The notes under the pieces were generated by a model, which was given only the letters and a program-made list of their open reading frames with translations, was not told the origin of the DNA and ran no database searches. Below are positions 59,925 to 64,000 of a stretch of DNA of 64,000 bases, one piece after another. Position numbers and translations under genes: made by a program. The stretch comes from Paraspadella gotoi (lineage: Eukaryota > Animalia > Chaetognatha). The stretch spans positions 21,682,044 to 21,746,043 of the forward strand of contig CM119267.1 of the NCBI GenBank assembly GCA_051294375.1, written 5' to 3'. The first letter of the stretch is position 1. Each line of letters opens with the position of its first letter.

Positions 59925-62900
59925 CTGAATTGGCTTCCACGGTCAGTAGTTACAGTAGCAGGTACGCCAAAACGCGCGACCCAATTCTGAAGAAAGCAGC
60001 AGCGATGTCGGCGTTGTAGGGTCGCCGGAGAGGGATCGCTTTCTGGCCAGCGCGAAAAAACGATCAACGCATGTGAGCAGGTGGGTTGTGTCATTAGAGA
60101 CAGGAAGGGGACCAACGATGTCGACATGAACAGTTGAAAGCGACGCTCGACCTGCGGAAATTGTGTGGAGGTGCCTGGATGTGTTGGTGGATTTTTGCAC
60201 GCTGGCATTGAGTGCAGTGCGCGTCCATTCCGCCACGTGTGAAGATGCTGATGGCCAGACAAATCGGCTCGTCACATTTTTTTGGTCGCGCGGACGCCGG
60301 GGTGTGAAAGGCCGTGGATTGCGTCAAAAACGGGGCGCCGCCACGTTTCCGGAACGAGGGCGGGACCTGCCACTGCTTACGTCACAGAGATATTGACGCC
60401 CGTCGCACGCTCTTACCTTTTGCTCATCAAGCGCTCGTCTGTTTGATGTGCAAGGCATCAACGAGTCGCCCATTTCTCGTTTCATCGATAAGTATCGATC
60501 TCCGCCTTGATGTGCGGATCGTGGTGACGGCATTGATGTCGCTCGGAGGGTGGGCGTGGCTGCTGGTGGAAGCGTGCGTGAAAGGGCATCTGCAACGACG
60601 TTTGCGTTCCCCTCGATATGACGGATGTCTGTAGTGTATTCAGCAATTGCCGCAAGTTGATAAGTTTGCCTCATAGTATGGGCTCTGACTTTTTCCTAAT
60701 CGCTGGAACGAGGCTGTTGTGGTCTGTAAAACAGTGTAAAGGGTCGTCCTTCGATAAATGGCCGGAAGTGGCGCACGGCGCGAAAAGCAGCGAGCAGCTC
60801 TCTGTCAAATGGAGGCCATTTTCGTTGATGTTGCTGCAAGGAGAAGAGAAAAAGGCTAATGGCTTCCATTCCCCATTTACAGTTTGTTCCAGTCACCCGC
60901 CTATTGCGTTAAGAGAGGCGTCGACCGTCACGCAGTTGGGCGTCATCCCGGGGGTGGACAAGCATTGTTGCCAGAAGCGAGGGCCTTTTTCGCCGCTAAT
61001 GAATGCTGCGTCGCATTCGTCGCTCCATGCCAAGTGCTTTGTTTTCCTCGAAGGGCACTGTAGAGGGGCTCGAGGATGTCAGCGGCATGGGGGATGAAAC
61101 GCCTATAGTAGTTAAGGACGCCAGAAAACCGTTGAAGGTCCTTGATCGATGTTGGCGTTGGGAATTTTTCGATGTCGTCGACTCGGCAGAAGGGGCGTGA
61201 TACCGTCGGCGCTGACGTTATAAACCAAGGAACTCCAGTGAAGAGGCACCAAAGACACATTTGATCGATTGATGTGAGTTAGACACCGTAGACCCTCTCA
61301 CTCCAAAGATGCCTCAGTTCAGAAGCCGATGCTCGTCGAAGACGTGAAGCGACAGAATGTCGTCAAGGTAAACAAACACGTGAGGAATTCCAGCCAAGAT
61401 GACGTCCATCATGCGCTGGAAATCTTGAGCGCGTTTTTAGGCCGAATGGCGTCCTGAGATATTCTATAAGGCCAAGGGGTAATGATGGCGGTTTTGGTAT
61501 GTCTGCCTCGTGAACGGAATTTGGTGGTAACCTTTGTACAGGTCGACTTTAGAGAAAATGACTTTTCCCGAATTTCCGCATTAAAATCGATGATGTGCGA
61601 ATTGGATATCGGTCGTCTTTTGTCACCGCATTGAGGCGGCGATAATCCCGCAAGGTCGCAGGCCGCCATCAGCCTTTTTTACACGTGTAAGGGTGACGAC
61701 CAGGGCTTCGACTTTTTCGAATATGCCAGTTTTTCAGTTTGTCGAATTCGGCCTTGGCAGCGGCGAGTTTCTCTGGGGCAGGCGCGCGCAGGCGGCATGG
61801 ATTGCGGGGGCCTTCGTGAGGATATGGTGTCACACCATGGCGGGCGTGATGGGTCGAAAGAGGTGTCGTAGAGTCGGGCGTTTGTCAAGAGTTGTGTGAA
61901 ACGTTGTGGACGACGTTGACGCGAAAAGGTTGTCCGGGTTTAACTTTCCCGGCAACGGTCGTGAATCTTGGCAATCTACTAAGACTTCAGTTTGGAAAAG
62001 GGGCGAGGTGTGGCCCATTAGAAATCATTTCCTAAATGGGCGTGGTGACGTCCGCAACAGTGAAATCCCATTCAAAATCGCGTTTGCCAAGGCGGAGACT
62101 ATGGTCTCTTGCCATAGCAAGGAATGGGCGTTCCTTCGCGGCGTGGAGTGGCGTGGCGAAGTACCGGCGCTACCTCCGATCGTTTGGGAGCGACGAGGAA
62201 ACGCTGGCGCCGGTATCCACGAGCCACGTGAGATTGTTGCGGGCGTCTAAAATGCAGAAGCGTCTCAATCTCGCCGGCGGCGGCGCTTACTTCCGGCCGC
62301 CGGCTTTCGCGTTTCCCATTGCGCAGGGAACGCCCGGCCGAACTTCGCGGCAGTTTCTAGCGCGATTGCCAAATCGCGTGATACCAGCATGTATTGCCTT
62401 CCATTTCTGCGGGCGAGCTGCTCTTGGTGGAAGGGGGCTGGCGTCGGCGCTGCTCGACCGCTTCCAAGGCCTTTGGCTGTTATTGACAGCGCAAGACCTC
62501 GGCGTAAGGAAAGAGGTCGGTCGGGGTCGTTCATCTTCATCGCGTTGGCAGAGAGACGGCGTTGATGGTGCAGGCGGATGGGGGCTTACAAACAAGTGCC
62601 AGCAGCTCATAGAAAGCGTCTGCTGCTGCTTGCGGCTCGTCAGAGAATTTTGTCAGTGAAGCGATGCGCGGACGTGGGAGGGGAGAGCGTTAGCCAAATC
62701 TCCTTGAAGACCACCTCTCATGAAGTCGGAGAAAGCCGCGCGAATGATCGTTGCCAGCTGAGAGGGGTGTCCCTGAGCGTCATTGGCGCAGCATCCTCTG
62801 GCCAACTGTCTGGTTTTTCCCAAACATTTTATAGTCTCGCGTAAACCTGGCGTAGAGGGGCGATGCCAGATCGATAAAAATCCTCGAAAAGGGTTGATGC

Positions 62901-63630
62901 TCGAGGGAAGCGCAAAATGTGGGAGCCATGGTGCAGTCGTCGGGTACAGTCGCGGGCGACAAATGCGGCACGTCAACTCCGGCCAACCATACGAATGTTT
63001 TAGAATCAATGGAGGGAGTTTAGGCGTTCGAGCCGAGTAGGGGGTGGAGGCGCCGTAGCGGCGACGCGGAAATCGCATCCGGCGCCGGCGCGGGTTGGGC
63101 GTGCTCGGGTGAGCCGCCGCGAGGAGACAAAGGGTTAACGAGAGGCGTCGCGAACGGTGGAGTGCGCGGAGTCCGCCTAGGAACGACGCTGGCTCTTCAA
63201 TCCTCACTCTCTTGCCTGCGTCTGGTCATCTGGAATGAGGCCGGCGTCGGTGGCGGAGCGGCGGAGAGAGGGGCTCTCCCGCCGCTGCTGCATTTCGGTT
63301 TCCGCTCGCGTCTCCGAAGGTCTCGATAACGCGCGTCCAGATCGGCCATCAGAAAAGAAAAACATGTTGGGACTGCAACGAGAGGGACCTTGTGCGGCGC
63401 TCGGCTCTCTACTCGCGCCAGTTGTTGATCCGTCCGTGTGGCGACGGGCCAGAACATCTTCAGGTTCGAGGAAATCTTCGGCGCTTGGTCGTACGCGCTC
63501 TGCGTAACGATGACTGATTGCGTCTCAAATAGAGCCTGTTGGGCGAATATAGCGTTGCGCGGCCGGCGTGAACGCAACGTGACTCCTCTGGAGAGTCTCA
63601 CCAGTACGTGTCGAATCAGCGTAGACACAC
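59925..63630 (-). pseudogene. Second, heavily frameshifted copy of the same Gypsy element (gag to mid-integrase)
   Basis: Collinear and nearly identical to 56934-59890 apart from frequent 1-2 nt indels; extends further into the gag N-terminal region. Confidence 0.85.
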
Positions 63631-64000
63631 CTTGACCTTGACTAGCGAGTGGCTTTGCATTCTATAAGACGCGCGCACTCACATGTAAGTGCTCACAGGT
63701 AGACGGGGGGCAAAAACAACGTTGGCTCTGTAAAACGTCGATCGTAGCGCACGCACACTATAGGCTAATAATGACATTCTCATCGGATGGACAAAAAGGT
63801 CAAGAAGCGTCGGGGACAATACCAATTGCGGTGGACCATAAACGAGAATTTGAGAATAATTCGAGGCGATGTTTTTCGTAATGAAGAAAAAACGCTATAT
63901 AATCAAAAACAGAGTAAAAAGCCAAAAAGTAAAAATAATAACAATAACAACTCGTATTTACATTGGCTGAGAAAAAACAGGTCAGCCATAACAAGGCATA

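Overview
This is AT-rich, microsatellite-laden animal (invertebrate-type) nuclear DNA with GT-AG spliced genes, two N-gaps (34711-34735, 47449-47473) and several indel-rich stretches that look like poorly polished long-read sequence. Genes read from the sequence: (1) a 9-exon membrane acyltransferase (Acyl_transf_3) whose motifs follow the bacterial OpgC/MdoC type, a candidate horizontal acquisition that has gained introns; (2) an intronless 1634-aa C2H2 zinc-finger protein; (3) convergent tRNA-Ser(CGA) and tRNA-Asp(GTC); (4) an OATP/SLCO transporter with a tandem array of stop-containing splice-acceptor copies; (5) a secreted multi-module LRR gene whose 3' part occurs twice around a gap, with different insertions in each copy. 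Mobile DNA: a Penelope-like element with an inverted terminal repeat and a hammerhead ribozyme, a dispersed family of short hammerhead-carrying non-coding elements (one with a clean 12-bp TSD), a TRIM with TG...TA LTRs, hAT-like non-autonomous elements, a SINE, a decayed Sola-like transposase, and a CsRN1/Kabuki-type Ty3/Gypsy element with a -1 frameshift signal plus a noisy second copy. Exon coordinates were read by eye and may be off by a few bases. No database searches were run.
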